From Gammaproteobacteria bacterium (GTDB taxonomy: Bacteria; Pseudomonadota; Gammaproteobacteria; JBCCGL01), in assembly GCA_965277715.1 (NCBI GenBank), contig OZ255836.1, positions 3,712,001 to 3,776,000 of the forward strand: 64,000 nucleotides of DNA, read 5' to 3'. Shown here one piece after another: positions 31,205 to 39,855 of the stretch (position 1 is the stretch's first letter; every line of letters starts with the position of its first letter). The notes under the pieces are model-generated. The model had not been told where the DNA came from. It saw nothing but the letters and a program-made list of their open reading frames with translations, and made no database searches. Both the position numbers and the translations under genes were made by a program.

Positions 31205-31600
31205 GTGTAGGGTTTTATGAGTTTCACTCGTGATGTTTCAGTGTATTTCTTTACCCTTTCACAGGCGGGTGAGTTACTTTTTTCTGGCGCAAAAAAAACA
31301 ACCAAAAATGCGCTTAGGCTGAACTTTTAGCCAAGGTGTTTAAAACCCAGTGCGCTTTAAATCAATGTTCTTACCAACATTTTCTATGCGCACTGCAAGT
31401 GACACCTAATCAGGTTCATATATCGCCTTGACTACCCTGGGCTTCTTTAGGGCTGCAAATGAGTGCGGTACAGGCTACGAGAATGCCTTGCTAATTAATA
31501 CAGGTATCGGCAACTGCTCCTGCGTTGCTCTATCTCCTGTATCCATACAGTCGTACGCCAACTGTTTCTGTGGAAAGCAGGCTGATGCTAATTGCTGATA
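31205..31600. repeat. Composite intergenic repeat region
   Basis: Family C copy (about 31205-31272), TTACTTTTTTCTGGCGCAAAAAAAACAACCAAAA motif, CGGCAACTGCTCCTGCGTTGCTCTATCTCCTGTATCCATACAGTCGT (31508-31554) and family B copy (31553-31599). Confidence 0.65.
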
Positions 31601-31830
31601 ACATGAGGCTGTGCTTCTGGTGTATTGCCTACTTATCTGGTAAATCTGATTTAATCAATCTAAATTTGGGAAGTACTCAGTGCTATTCTCAACCCCCGTG
31701 GATGGGCGATTGTAGTTCTTTTCTGTGCTGGCTGTGTTGCAATTTGTGTAATAGAACTACAATTACGCCTCATTTTTGCGCTACTCTATCGACCAATTTA
31801 ATTGACCAACACCCTCTAAGAGAGAATACA

Positions 31831-32214
31831 GTGAAATTTATTTACCGCGTCCTGGCCGTTGTGGCATATGTGTGTGTTTCAAGTGCACAGTTATTGGCAG
31901 AAGAGTCTCTTATAGGGTACAAAACGGTGGATGCGGCCTATCAGGCATTGGAATCTGACGCCAGTGCAGCGGTTACTCACTATGAAGGTTGGGTGATTTT
32001 TAATCAAAAAGGCGATGGGCAATATGTATTGTGGTCGTTTACACCAGATGAGCATCCGGCCCACCCAGCGGTGATACGTAGGTTTATCGTTAAAAAGGAC
32101 AATGAGTTGTTTATTCAGATGAGTGCATTATGCGAGGCGAATAAGTTTGATTGCGATAGCCTTGTCGAGGCATTTGAGAAGATCAATGAAACGATCCGCA
32201 ATAAGGCGAAATAG
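31831..32214 (+). CDS. Conserved hypothetical exported protein
   Basis: Signal peptide from GTG 31831, then IGY.TV..A, WSFTP..HPAHPAVIRR and LCEANKFDCD. Confidence 0.7.
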   Translation: MKFIYRVLAVVAYVCVSSAQLLAEESLIGYKTVDAAYQALESDASAAVTHYEGWVIFNQKGDGQYVLWSFTPDEHPAHPAVIRRFIVKKDNELFIQMSALCEANKFDCDSLVEAFEKINETIRNKAK

Positions 32215-32228
32215 TACGGCAGGCTATG

Positions 32229-33068
32229 TTAAACAGCCGCTTTTTCCACGATGCTAAAATCTTTGTCGTGGCTTAATGCAGGGATCATCTGACGTACCTG
32301 GTTGACTTTATCCAGATCGAGGTCGGCGTAGATGATGCCTGGTTGCGCACCGCCATCGGCCAGGATTTCACCCCAGGGATCAACAATCAGTGAGTGCCCG
32401 TAGGATTGTCGCTTGCCGAGGTGTGTACCGCATTGATTGGTGGCGATTACAAAGCTACCGGTTTCGATGGCGCGGGCGCGCACCAGTATATGCCAGTGCG
32501 CCTTGCCGGTTGTCTGGGTAAAGGCAGCGGGGATGGTGAGTATTTTTGCACCCTGCTGGGCGAGGGTGCGGTATAGCGCGGCAAAACGTAGGTCGTAACA
32601 AATCGATAAACCGATTTTGCCCCACTGGGTGTCAACCAATACCGCTTTATCGCCAGCACGCAAGGCGTCAGATTCTTTGTAATATTCGCCATTTTTTAGC
32701 TGCACATCGAACATGTGCAATTTGTCGTAACGGGCGGTGATCTCACCACTTTTGTCGATGTAGTAGGCGCGGTTAACATCTTTGCCGCTATCGGTTTTTA
32801 TCATCAGCGAACCGATGGTGATGGGTACTGCGTATTTTTGTGCCGTTTCACGAAACATCGCGAGCCCTGGGTCGTCGGCTTCCTGGTAAGTGCTATTGGC
32901 AATGCGCGTGTTATCCGGTTCGATCAACGTGCAGGTTTCGGCGGTGGTAATAAGTACTGCGCCCGCGTTAGCGGCCTGCTCACAGTGTGTTTTAAGCCAG
33001 GCGATATTGGCGGCAATATCGCGGGTGGCGGTGTTTTGTAGGCAGGCAACTTTGAATGGTGATGGCAT
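32229..33068 (-). CDS. Carbon-nitrogen hydrolase (Nit-like amidase)
   Basis: YDKLHMFDV, SICYDLRF, AAFT..TG.AHW..L.RARAIE and GHSLIVDPWG. Confidence 0.92.
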   Translation of the reverse strand: MPSPFKVACLQNTATRDIAANIAWLKTHCEQAANAGAVLITTAETCTLIEPDNTRIANSTYQEADDPGLAMFRETAQKYAVPITIGSLMIKTDSGKDVNRAYYIDKSGEITARYDKLHMFDVQLKNGEYYKESDALRAGDKAVLVDTQWGKIGLSICYDLRFAALYRTLAQQGAKILTIPAAFTQTTGKAHWHILVRARAIETGSFVIATNQCGTHLGKRQSYGHSLIVDPWGEILADGGAQPGIIYADLDLDKVNQVRQMIPALSHDKDFSIVEKAAV

Positions 33069-33155
33069 GGTGTTTTGTGTATATAGGTATTGTGTATCGA
33101 GTGTTCAGATAACTCTAACCCGGTAGTATTCAGCGCTGCAAATAATTTCTGGATT

Positions 33156-33225
33156 AATTGCTTAACCTAGACCCCATGTATTGACTTGTGTGCAAGTTAA
33201 TACATGGGGTCTAGGTTAAGCAATT
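33156..33225. repeat. Palindromic repeat family A, copy 3 (longest)
   Basis: 70-bp near-perfect palindrome with 33-bp arms around a TGTG loop. Confidence 0.92.
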
Positions 33226-33401
33226 CTATTATCGATGGTGCTGCATCTCCCAATTCGAGCAGTAATACCGCCGGTATTGCTCGATTTTGGCGGTTGACCC
33301 CGGCTGCTTTTGGAAAGTGAATTTACACAGTTCACCCCTTACACTTTAGTCTTCATTAACCGATACTATCAACTTGTCAATCACTCACAACGGAGCAGTC
33401 A

Positions 33402-34178
33402 ATGGAAAACCAACAAATGAGCTTTCAAGATATCAAAGATCTTTTTATTGAAACAGACAAGCGCCTGGACAGGCGCATCGCCGAGATAGAGGCGCGTGCG
33501 GCTGAACGCCGTGCAGAAGAAGATAGGCGCAGAGCTGAAGAGCGAGCTGAAGAGAATAAGCATAGGATCGAAGAGGATAGGCGCAGAGCTGAAGAGCGAG
33601 CCGAAGAGAATAAGCGCAGGACCGAAGAGGGTAAGCGCAGGACCGAAGAGGGTAAGCGCAGGGCCGAAGAGAAGGCTAAAGAAAGGGCGCAGGAGAAGGC
33701 CGAGATGAAACAGGAGCGCAAGGATTCGCGGCGGCGTATGCGTGAACTGGAAGATTTATTTGTCGGTCAGTGGGGAAAGCTAATGGAATCGCTGGTCGAA
33801 GGTGATTTAACCCATTTGCTGAATACGCGTGGTATCGCGGTAAACCATAATCAAACGCGCTGTAAAGGGTGTTATCAGGGGCAGAATTACGAATTCGATA
33901 TTATCGCGGTTAATGGCAGTGAAGTTGTTGTGGTTGAGGTAAAGACTTCACTCAAGCCCGAGCACGTTAAACAGTTTATCAGTAACCTGAAACACATCAA
34001 ACAGTGGATGACTGAGTATGCGGATAAACAAATTTATGGTGCGGTCGCCTGGTTGCGTGAAGATTCCCAGGCATCGATGATGGCGCAAAAACAAGGGCTG
34101 TTTTCGATTCGCGCAACAGGCAATTCCGCCAGTATTGTAAACACTGTCGATTTCAAACCGGTTGAGCACGCCATATAA
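33402..34178 (+). CDS. Coiled-coil + PD-(D/E)XK nuclease-like protein (DUF3782-like)
   Basis: Charged repeat region, WGKLMESLVEG and EFDIIAVNG...VVEVK. Confidence 0.8.
   Translation: MENQQMSFQDIKDLFIETDKRLDRRIAEIEARAAERRAEEDRRRAEERAEENKHRIEEDRRRAEERAEENKRRTEEGKRRTEEGKRRAEEKAKERAQEKAEMKQERKDSRRRMRELEDLFVGQWGKLMESLVEGDLTHLLNTRGIAVNHNQTRCKGCYQGQNYEFDIIAVNGSEVVVVEVKTSLKPEHVKQFISNLKHIKQWMTEYADKQIYGAVAWLREDSQASMMAQKQGLFSIRATGNSASIVNTVDFKPVEHAI
33516..33671 (+). repeat. In-frame tandem repeats (2 x 54 bp, then 2 x 21 bp)
   Basis: Encodes EEDRRRAEERAEENK(H/R)R(I/T) twice and EEGKRR(T/A) twice. Confidence 0.9.
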
Positions 34179-34209
34179 CTATTCAGAAAGCACTGTATTT
34201 GTAGTGTTT

Positions 34210-35451
34210 TCATACAGTGTCGTAGTGCGTTTGCTCTGATAGACACCCCAACATCGCATTCAATAAACCCGGCGCTGCATCCAGTTGATAAAACTGAAAA
34301 CCGTCTATAGCCGCAGTGTGTCCCGGTTCACCACGAAAGGCAGGTGAGGGAAAAGTTTGACTGCCAAGACCCAGGCGGTAAACGCCTTGCGGGGTGATGG
34401 GTTGGGTGGTATCGACCTGGTGCCCGTCAATACGGACAGGTGGGTCGTCGGCACTAAAACCGGTGCATTGAAAGATGACGGCCGCATCGTCGAGCGGTGC
34501 TTTTATCGATTCGATGGATTTGATTAACTGCAGGCGGGCACGTGTTTCTATGCCATCACGGATACGCAGGTACAGGTGTTTTGCATCCTTGCGCAAGCCA
34601 CCGTTGCGGTGGAGTAGGTTTGTCGTTGTGCAGAGGTCACGCACCGGGTCGTAGGGGTAATCGACGGCTTTGGCATTGTCTGTCGTCAGGCGTAGTTTGA
34701 TGGCGTCTCGCCGGTGGTAAACCGTGATGGGTGTGTGGGGTAGATACGCGCTCAATTGTGGGTGTTGAAGGAGTAATCCAAGCACTGAAAATGCGCTGTG
34801 TGAGGCGCCAATAATCGCCACGGGGTGTTTGCTTTTGAGTAATTTCACAACCCGTTCAAGCGCCGATAGTCGGATTAATGCCTCGGAAAAAACCGTTTTC
34901 TGCTGCCAGTTTTGCAGCTCAGGCAGTAAGTGTTCGCGGGCGCCCGTACAAATCAACACCGTGCGACTGCGGGCAATGGCAAGGTTGTTTTTGTCAAAGC
35001 TGGTGAATATACCGTGTTCCCCCTCAATACGTGTGACTGCTGTATTCAGCTTGAGCCGTTCTGCCAATTGCCGGGTAATAACACCGGCTATTGGTTGCAG
35101 CAGATCGTTTGCCACGCGCTGTAGCGGAATAAGAGTATTACCTGGCGGGCAGGCGCTATTAAAGCGTTTGGCAATATCGGCAAAGGCGCCACGGGGTGAT
35201 ATACCACTGGTTAAGTCCAGCCAGTGGGTATTGGCGTTTATGGCGTAATGTGCGAGCGAACCACCGAGCTGCTTGTCCCGTTCGATCATAACGGTGTTGC
35301 GGGCTAGATGTGAGGCGGTTTTACCCGGCTCTACCAAAGAGTGTAGTGCAGCATCTAACGACACAAAGAAACTGAGCGCCGCTGCGCCACCACCGATAAT
35401 CTGACAGTCGTAAATAGTATCGGTGAACCCACTATTGCTTTTATTGTCCAC
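34210..35451 (-). CDS. FAD/NAD(P)-dependent oxidoreductase-like protein
   Basis: IIGGGAAA, ERDKQLGG, ICTGA, IIGASHSA and QCTGF motifs. Confidence 0.7.
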   Translation of the reverse strand: MDNKSNSGFTDTIYDCQIIGGGAAALSFFVSLDAALHSLVEPGKTASHLARNTVMIERDKQLGGSLAHYAINANTHWLDLTSGISPRGAFADIAKRFNSACPPGNTLIPLQRVANDLLQPIAGVITRQLAERLKLNTAVTRIEGEHGIFTSFDKNNLAIARSRTVLICTGAREHLLPELQNWQQKTVFSEALIRLSALERVVKLLKSKHPVAIIGASHSAFSVLGLLLQHPQLSAYLPHTPITVYHRRDAIKLRLTTDNAKAVDYPYDPVRDLCTTTNLLHRNGGLRKDAKHLYLRIRDGIETRARLQLIKSIESIKAPLDDAAVIFQCTGFSADDPPVRIDGHQVDTTQPITPQGVYRLGLGSQTFPSPAFRGEPGHTAAIDGFQFYQLDAAPGLLNAMLGCLSEQTHYDTV

Positions 35452-35479
35452 TGAAAATACCCGATTTGATGCCTGTAGA

Positions 35480-36481
35480 TTGTTTATTAACCGCTACTTT
35501 GTTCGATACAAAATACCCATCACGCTGTTATCGATGTTGTTGTCGTTCCCGGCGTGTGCTGATGACCAGCTTACCCGTATCGATATTGCCGATCCAGTGC
35601 GTTACTGGGAGGATAACGGGTTTGTCGAGATGCATGCGCCGATCCGCCCTTCGGTTGTTGCGGGTAAAACAGCGCAAACAAAAATCTTTCTCTACGTGCC
35701 AGCAGATCAACTGATCCAAACACAGTACCATGAGCAAACCCAGCGCTATACGTTGAAATTCCCCCCTGGCTCTGTCGCTGACCGCGTATCTTTTCGTCTG
35801 TACAAGACCAACACAGATAATATTGGCCAGACAATAGATGACGTGCGCGGCACACGATGGGGGCGTACCGGGCGCGAGTATTTTCATGTTTACCGGCCCA
35901 CTGGCGTGGCGCCCGATACGCCGTTACTCGGGTATGAATGGCCGCGTGATAACCCAGCAATGGTCGAGGCGGCGACGCATACCCTGACCGCGCAGGTGGC
36001 CAAAGCACCGCAACCGATTGTCGGCGGCTTACCGAGTAAAAGCAATGTGCGTCGGTTTCGCTCGTTGAATAATTGTGCTGCTTGCCATATCGCTAACAAA
36101 CCGGTTGCGGTGACGGGCAATGCACGCCTGCCGCCCTGGCCTACCGATGCCAGTGGTTTATACGTGCCCTCGATGGTATTACTCGACCGTGCGCCACTCT
36201 CCAATACGGGCAGCTTTCACGACCCCAATGTCAATGATGCATATATCTCGGCCAGTTGTGGTGATAGCGCAGCGCGCATACGTTCGGCCTACTATGCCGA
36301 TTGGTTTCACTGCACAAACAACGCGATGCCGATAGGGGTTCGCGATATGCGTGGTGGTTTGCGCGGCGATGATCGTTACACGCGGGCAGTGTGTGATTCG
36401 CGGCGCTATTTATATGCACGGCTCGACCAGACAGGTCGGCAGGTATTTGCCGAATCATTCAGAGTGTGCGGTATTGTTTAG
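35480..36481 (+). CDS. Hypothetical exported protein with one CxxCH motif
   Basis: Signal-peptide-like stretch ending ACA|DD and NNCAACH. Start uncertain (TTG 35480 or ATG 35534). Confidence 0.65.
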   Translation: MFINRYFVRYKIPITLLSMLLSFPACADDQLTRIDIADPVRYWEDNGFVEMHAPIRPSVVAGKTAQTKIFLYVPADQLIQTQYHEQTQRYTLKFPPGSVADRVSFRLYKTNTDNIGQTIDDVRGTRWGRTGREYFHVYRPTGVAPDTPLLGYEWPRDNPAMVEAATHTLTAQVAKAPQPIVGGLPSKSNVRRFRSLNNCAACHIANKPVAVTGNARLPPWPTDASGLYVPSMVLLDRAPLSNTGSFHDPNVNDAYISASCGDSAARIRSAYYADWFHCTNNAMPIGVRDMRGGLRGDDRYTRAVCDSRRYLYARLDQTGRQVFAESFRVCGIV

Positions 36482-36536
36482 CTGCTTGATATTTCCCGAA
36501 TTTTGAGTTGATTAGCATATAAGCGGTACAACCCGA

Positions 36537-36569
36537 TGCATCAGCAATTGGCATCAGCCTACTTTCCAC
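36537..36569. repeat. Repeat family B, inverted copy
   Basis: Reverse complement reads GTGGAAAGTAGGCTGATGCCAATTGCTGATGCA. Confidence 0.75.
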
Positions 36570-36623
36570 CTGTAAAGCGTAAAGAAAACCCCCAAAACAT
36601 TGCGAGTGAAACCGCATAACACC

Positions 36624-37685
36624 CTACACTCCCCCTGCACCAATAGCCTGCAAAATAGTATTTTGATAAGCAAACACACCAGGCGTGCCCCCACTGTGCA
36701 AAAACACAATCGTCTTGTCAGCACCTTGTGTACGCGCCCGTTCGATAAACCCAGCCATCACTTTACCGGTATAGGTAGGGTCAAGCACCAGCCCTTCCTT
36801 GCGAGCCGCCATCAAAATCGCCTGCATAGTCTGGTCGTTGACCTGGCCATATCCGGGGGCGAGAAAAGCGTCATCGACCAACACATCCTCCTCACTGACA
36901 GGGTTGTCCAGGTGCAACAACTCAGCAATTTCCTGGCAGCGTTTGAAAATGCGAGCGTGTTGCGCCTGCGCATCGCGACGCACACAAACACCCTGCACGC
37001 CAATCGTTGAACCCAACGCACGCAAACCAAAGAGAATGCCACCGTGAGTATTGCCACTACCCGAACCGACAACAACCTCATCGACCTGTAAATTCTGCTG
37101 CGCGAATTGCTGCAATAATTCCTGTGCGGCGACGACATAACCGAGCGCACCCAACGGCCTGTGATTAGGTGCCAGAGGAATGATGTAAGTTTTCTTTCCC
37201 TGTGATTTTTCCAGTTGTGCGGCTATCTCGCGCAGTTTTCGATCTGCGCCAAACTCATCTTCGCCCTCATCGTAGGTGTAGAGCGTTGCACCAAACAATT
37301 TATCCAGCAGAACATTGCCAGATTCATGGTACAGAGGGTCTGTTTTGTCGACGCGTTCTTCGAGCTGGATATGACATGCCATACCCAGTTTGGCGGCAGC
37401 GGCGGCGGCCAGCCGGACAAAGTTGGATTGTACGGCACCGGTAATCAGCACCGTGTTGGCGCCTTCGGCGATGGCCTCGCCAAAATAAAATTCCAATTGG
37501 CGGACTTTATTGCCGCCAAAAGCGAGCACAGTGCAATCGTCACGCTTGACGAACAGTTGGCCCGCGTTACAAATTTTAGCTATATTACGCATGGGTTCCA
37601 GTGGCGTATTGCCAGGAAAAAGTGGAACGCGGGGAATTGTGGGCAAGCAACCAAATTGGTCGGGGTATTCAAAATGTGGGTGCAT
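36624..37685 (-). CDS. D-cysteine desulfhydrase / ACC deaminase family PLP enzyme
   Basis: KRDD...GGNKVRQLEF, GAVQSN, GSGSGNTHGG, LDPTYTGK and HSGG. Confidence 0.92.
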   Translation of the reverse strand: MHPHFEYPDQFGCLPTIPRVPLFPGNTPLEPMRNIAKICNAGQLFVKRDDCTVLAFGGNKVRQLEFYFGEAIAEGANTVLITGAVQSNFVRLAAAAAAKLGMACHIQLEERVDKTDPLYHESGNVLLDKLFGATLYTYDEGEDEFGADRKLREIAAQLEKSQGKKTYIIPLAPNHRPLGALGYVVAAQELLQQFAQQNLQVDEVVVGSGSGNTHGGILFGLRALGSTIGVQGVCVRRDAQAQHARIFKRCQEIAELLHLDNPVSEEDVLVDDAFLAPGYGQVNDQTMQAILMAARKEGLVLDPTYTGKVMAGFIERARTQGADKTIVFLHSGGTPGVFAYQNTILQAIGAGGV

Positions 37686-37982
37686 AGGGAGTCCTGGCAA
37701 AATATAGAGAACACGGGTATCCCGCGCCAGTGTATTCTACGCATACAAAACCGTTGCGTTATGGGAATATTGGCCCATTTCTGGCTTAAATAAGCAGTGA
37801 ACGGTTTGCCCATTGTGGGCACTGGGCCACCTATGCATGTTACTAGAGGGTGTTTTGCCACAGGCAGAGGGTTTTAATTTTTAAATTAAAGCGTGTGTGT
37901 TTTCCTATAGTTAGATTTTGTTATGCACAGTGATACTTTATCAATAGAGACGAATATATCCAGAATGAATATTGTCAATGTG

Positions 37983-38888
37983 ATGCTAAAAATCGTCCTG
38001 TCACTGACTTTAGTTTCTGCACTGATTTCGCCAGTACAGGCGCAGCAGGCAGGTGATGCTGAAAATTTAATTAAGAAAAGAATCACTGATTTGCAGGGCT
38101 ATTGGCAGGCATCTGATCTGGCAGGTGTGCTTTCACTGTATCAGCCGAGACAGTCACCGGTGGCGGCACTGAGTTATTCTGAATGGAAAGCAGACATTAA
38201 AGCACAACTAGACGCACGCACCCGGCTGGCATTTATTTTCTATGACTTCTTTCCTTATGATTGCACCGTGGATGGCCATCATTGTATGCGGGCGAGGGTA
38301 CAGCGCCTGGTTAACAACAAGGTGGTGGGTGTTGGTTATAAAGCCTACGAATGGCAGCAGCTTGGGGGTGATTGGTACATTGTTCGTGAATCTGGTGAAG
38401 TTAGGGGTGAGGTGCAACCCAAACCAAAACAGGTTAGTGTTGATAACGCTGAGCCGAAAGCGGTGCAGCCGCCCTCACCAGAACAGAAACAACCCCAGCA
38501 GGCGGTAACTGAAGTGGTCAAAGTGCCTGTAGCAGAGGTGGTGATTGTGCCCCCAGTCACCGGTGAGGTTACTGGCGGGACCACCACTGACCCGGTTGCC
38601 GGTCAGGCGTGTGACCTTCTGGGTGATGGTGTCGATTATGTATACGGTGTTCAGCTAGGTGTTTTCGGTGCATTGGCATCGGCGATTAAAGTGGCGGCCG
38701 CAGCGGGTGGTGGCAGTAAGATTTACCAGCGGGCTTCCGGTAACTATGTTGTCTTCTCGGGTGGTTTTGCAGGCAGTAATGAGGCCAAAGTCTGGCTGCA
38801 AACGCTTCGTAGAAACTACGATATTGACGTTGGTTCTTTTGTGGCCAAGATTCAACGCACCGATATTCAGCGACCGATTTGTAACTAA
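37983..38888 (+). CDS. Exported NTF2-like + SPOR domain protein
   Basis: Signal peptide, W...DL...LSLY...W...WYIVRE domain, Pro/Gln linker and YGVQLGVF...SFV SPOR-like end. Confidence 0.7.
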   Translation: MLKIVLSLTLVSALISPVQAQQAGDAENLIKKRITDLQGYWQASDLAGVLSLYQPRQSPVAALSYSEWKADIKAQLDARTRLAFIFYDFFPYDCTVDGHHCMRARVQRLVNNKVVGVGYKAYEWQQLGGDWYIVRESGEVRGEVQPKPKQVSVDNAEPKAVQPPSPEQKQPQQAVTEVVKVPVAEVVIVPPVTGEVTGGTTTDPVAGQACDLLGDGVDYVYGVQLGVFGALASAIKVAAAAGGGSKIYQRASGNYVVFSGGFAGSNEAKVWLQTLRRNYDIDVGSFVAKIQRTDIQRPICN

Positions 38889-38967
38889 CGGATAGCTTAA
38901 CTGGACAGTTTATACCGCGTTAATCGCTATCAATAATCGGGCGGTTGTTACTGCACCCAGTAATATC

Positions 38968-39249
38968 TGATGTGTCAATACTTTATCGGGCACATGTTTA
39001 AGCGACCTTTATTAGATAGTTCATAATCTACGGGTGACAAATAGCCATTAGCGGAATGTAACCGCTGGCGGTTGTAAAAAACTTCAATATATTCAAAAGT
39101 TGTTGCAATTGTTTGATCCTTTTTCAAGGCTAACTTAACCGCTGATGCTCGAAATTCTACGGTATAGGGCTTTTTCCCGTTCATTTTCGGTTCCTCTGGT
39201 AAGCTCGGTTTACTTTAAGTGAGGTGCCCAGATTAGTGTGGCCACGTCA
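38968..39249 (-). mobile_element. Internally deleted IS3-family element (mini-IS, 282 bp)
   Basis: Imperfect TIRs TGATGTGTCAATACTTTATCGGGCAC and TGACGTGGCCACACTAATCTGGGCAC. The ORF joins the OrfA start (YTVEFRASAVKL) to the OrfB end (FEYIEVFYNRQRLHS). Confidence 0.85.
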
Positions 39250-39356
39250 AGATCCAGCAGAGGAGAAAAAAGGGTGAGTGGTTAGCAATAGATTTTACGC
39301 TATAGTACCGCCCGGTACAGCCACCTCAACGCCATTGTCTATCTACCACCACACCC

Positions 39357-39824
39357 ATGCCAAACAAACGCCTGCTCATCGTCGCCCATGTGCCCTCGAC
39401 CAACACTCACGCTATGGCGCAATCCGCTTTGCGCGGCGCGCAACACCCGGATACAGGCAATGTCGAGGTCATCCACATACCCCCCCTTGAGGCAGTGGCT
39501 ACTGATGTATTGCAATGCGATGCTATCCTACTCGGCACGACCGAGAATTTTGGTTACATGAGCGGGGCGATGAAAGATTTTTTCGACCGCATTTACTACC
39601 CCTGCCTGGAACACACCGAGGCCCTGCCATTTGCGCTGTATATCCGTGCCGGGCTGGATGGCACCGGCACACAAACCGCGGTTACCAAAATCACCAGCGG
39701 GTTAAAATGGAAATCGGTACAGGCAACACTGTTGTGCCGTGGTGAATTCCAACCGGCCTTTCTCGACCAGGCGGAAACACTCGGCATGTCGATGGCGGCC
39801 GGTCTGGATGCAGGTATTTTTTAA
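39357..39824 (+). CDS. Flavodoxin family protein
   Basis: GTTENFGYMSGAMKDFFDRIYYP and RAGLDGTG. Confidence 0.88.
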   Translation: MPNKRLLIVAHVPSTNTHAMAQSALRGAQHPDTGNVEVIHIPPLEAVATDVLQCDAILLGTTENFGYMSGAMKDFFDRIYYPCLEHTEALPFALYIRAGLDGTGTQTAVTKITSGLKWKSVQATLLCRGEFQPAFLDQAETLGMSMAAGLDAGIF

Positions 39825-39855
39825 CCTATAATTAACTTAGGTTTCACCCGCTCCC

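Noticed and set aside
31525-31830. N-terminal extension of ORF 31525..32214
   Set aside because: It runs through repeat DNA, and the signal peptide begins at GTG 31831.
33516-33671. CRISPR array
   Set aside because: The repeats are contiguous, in frame and have no unique spacers. No cas genes are present.
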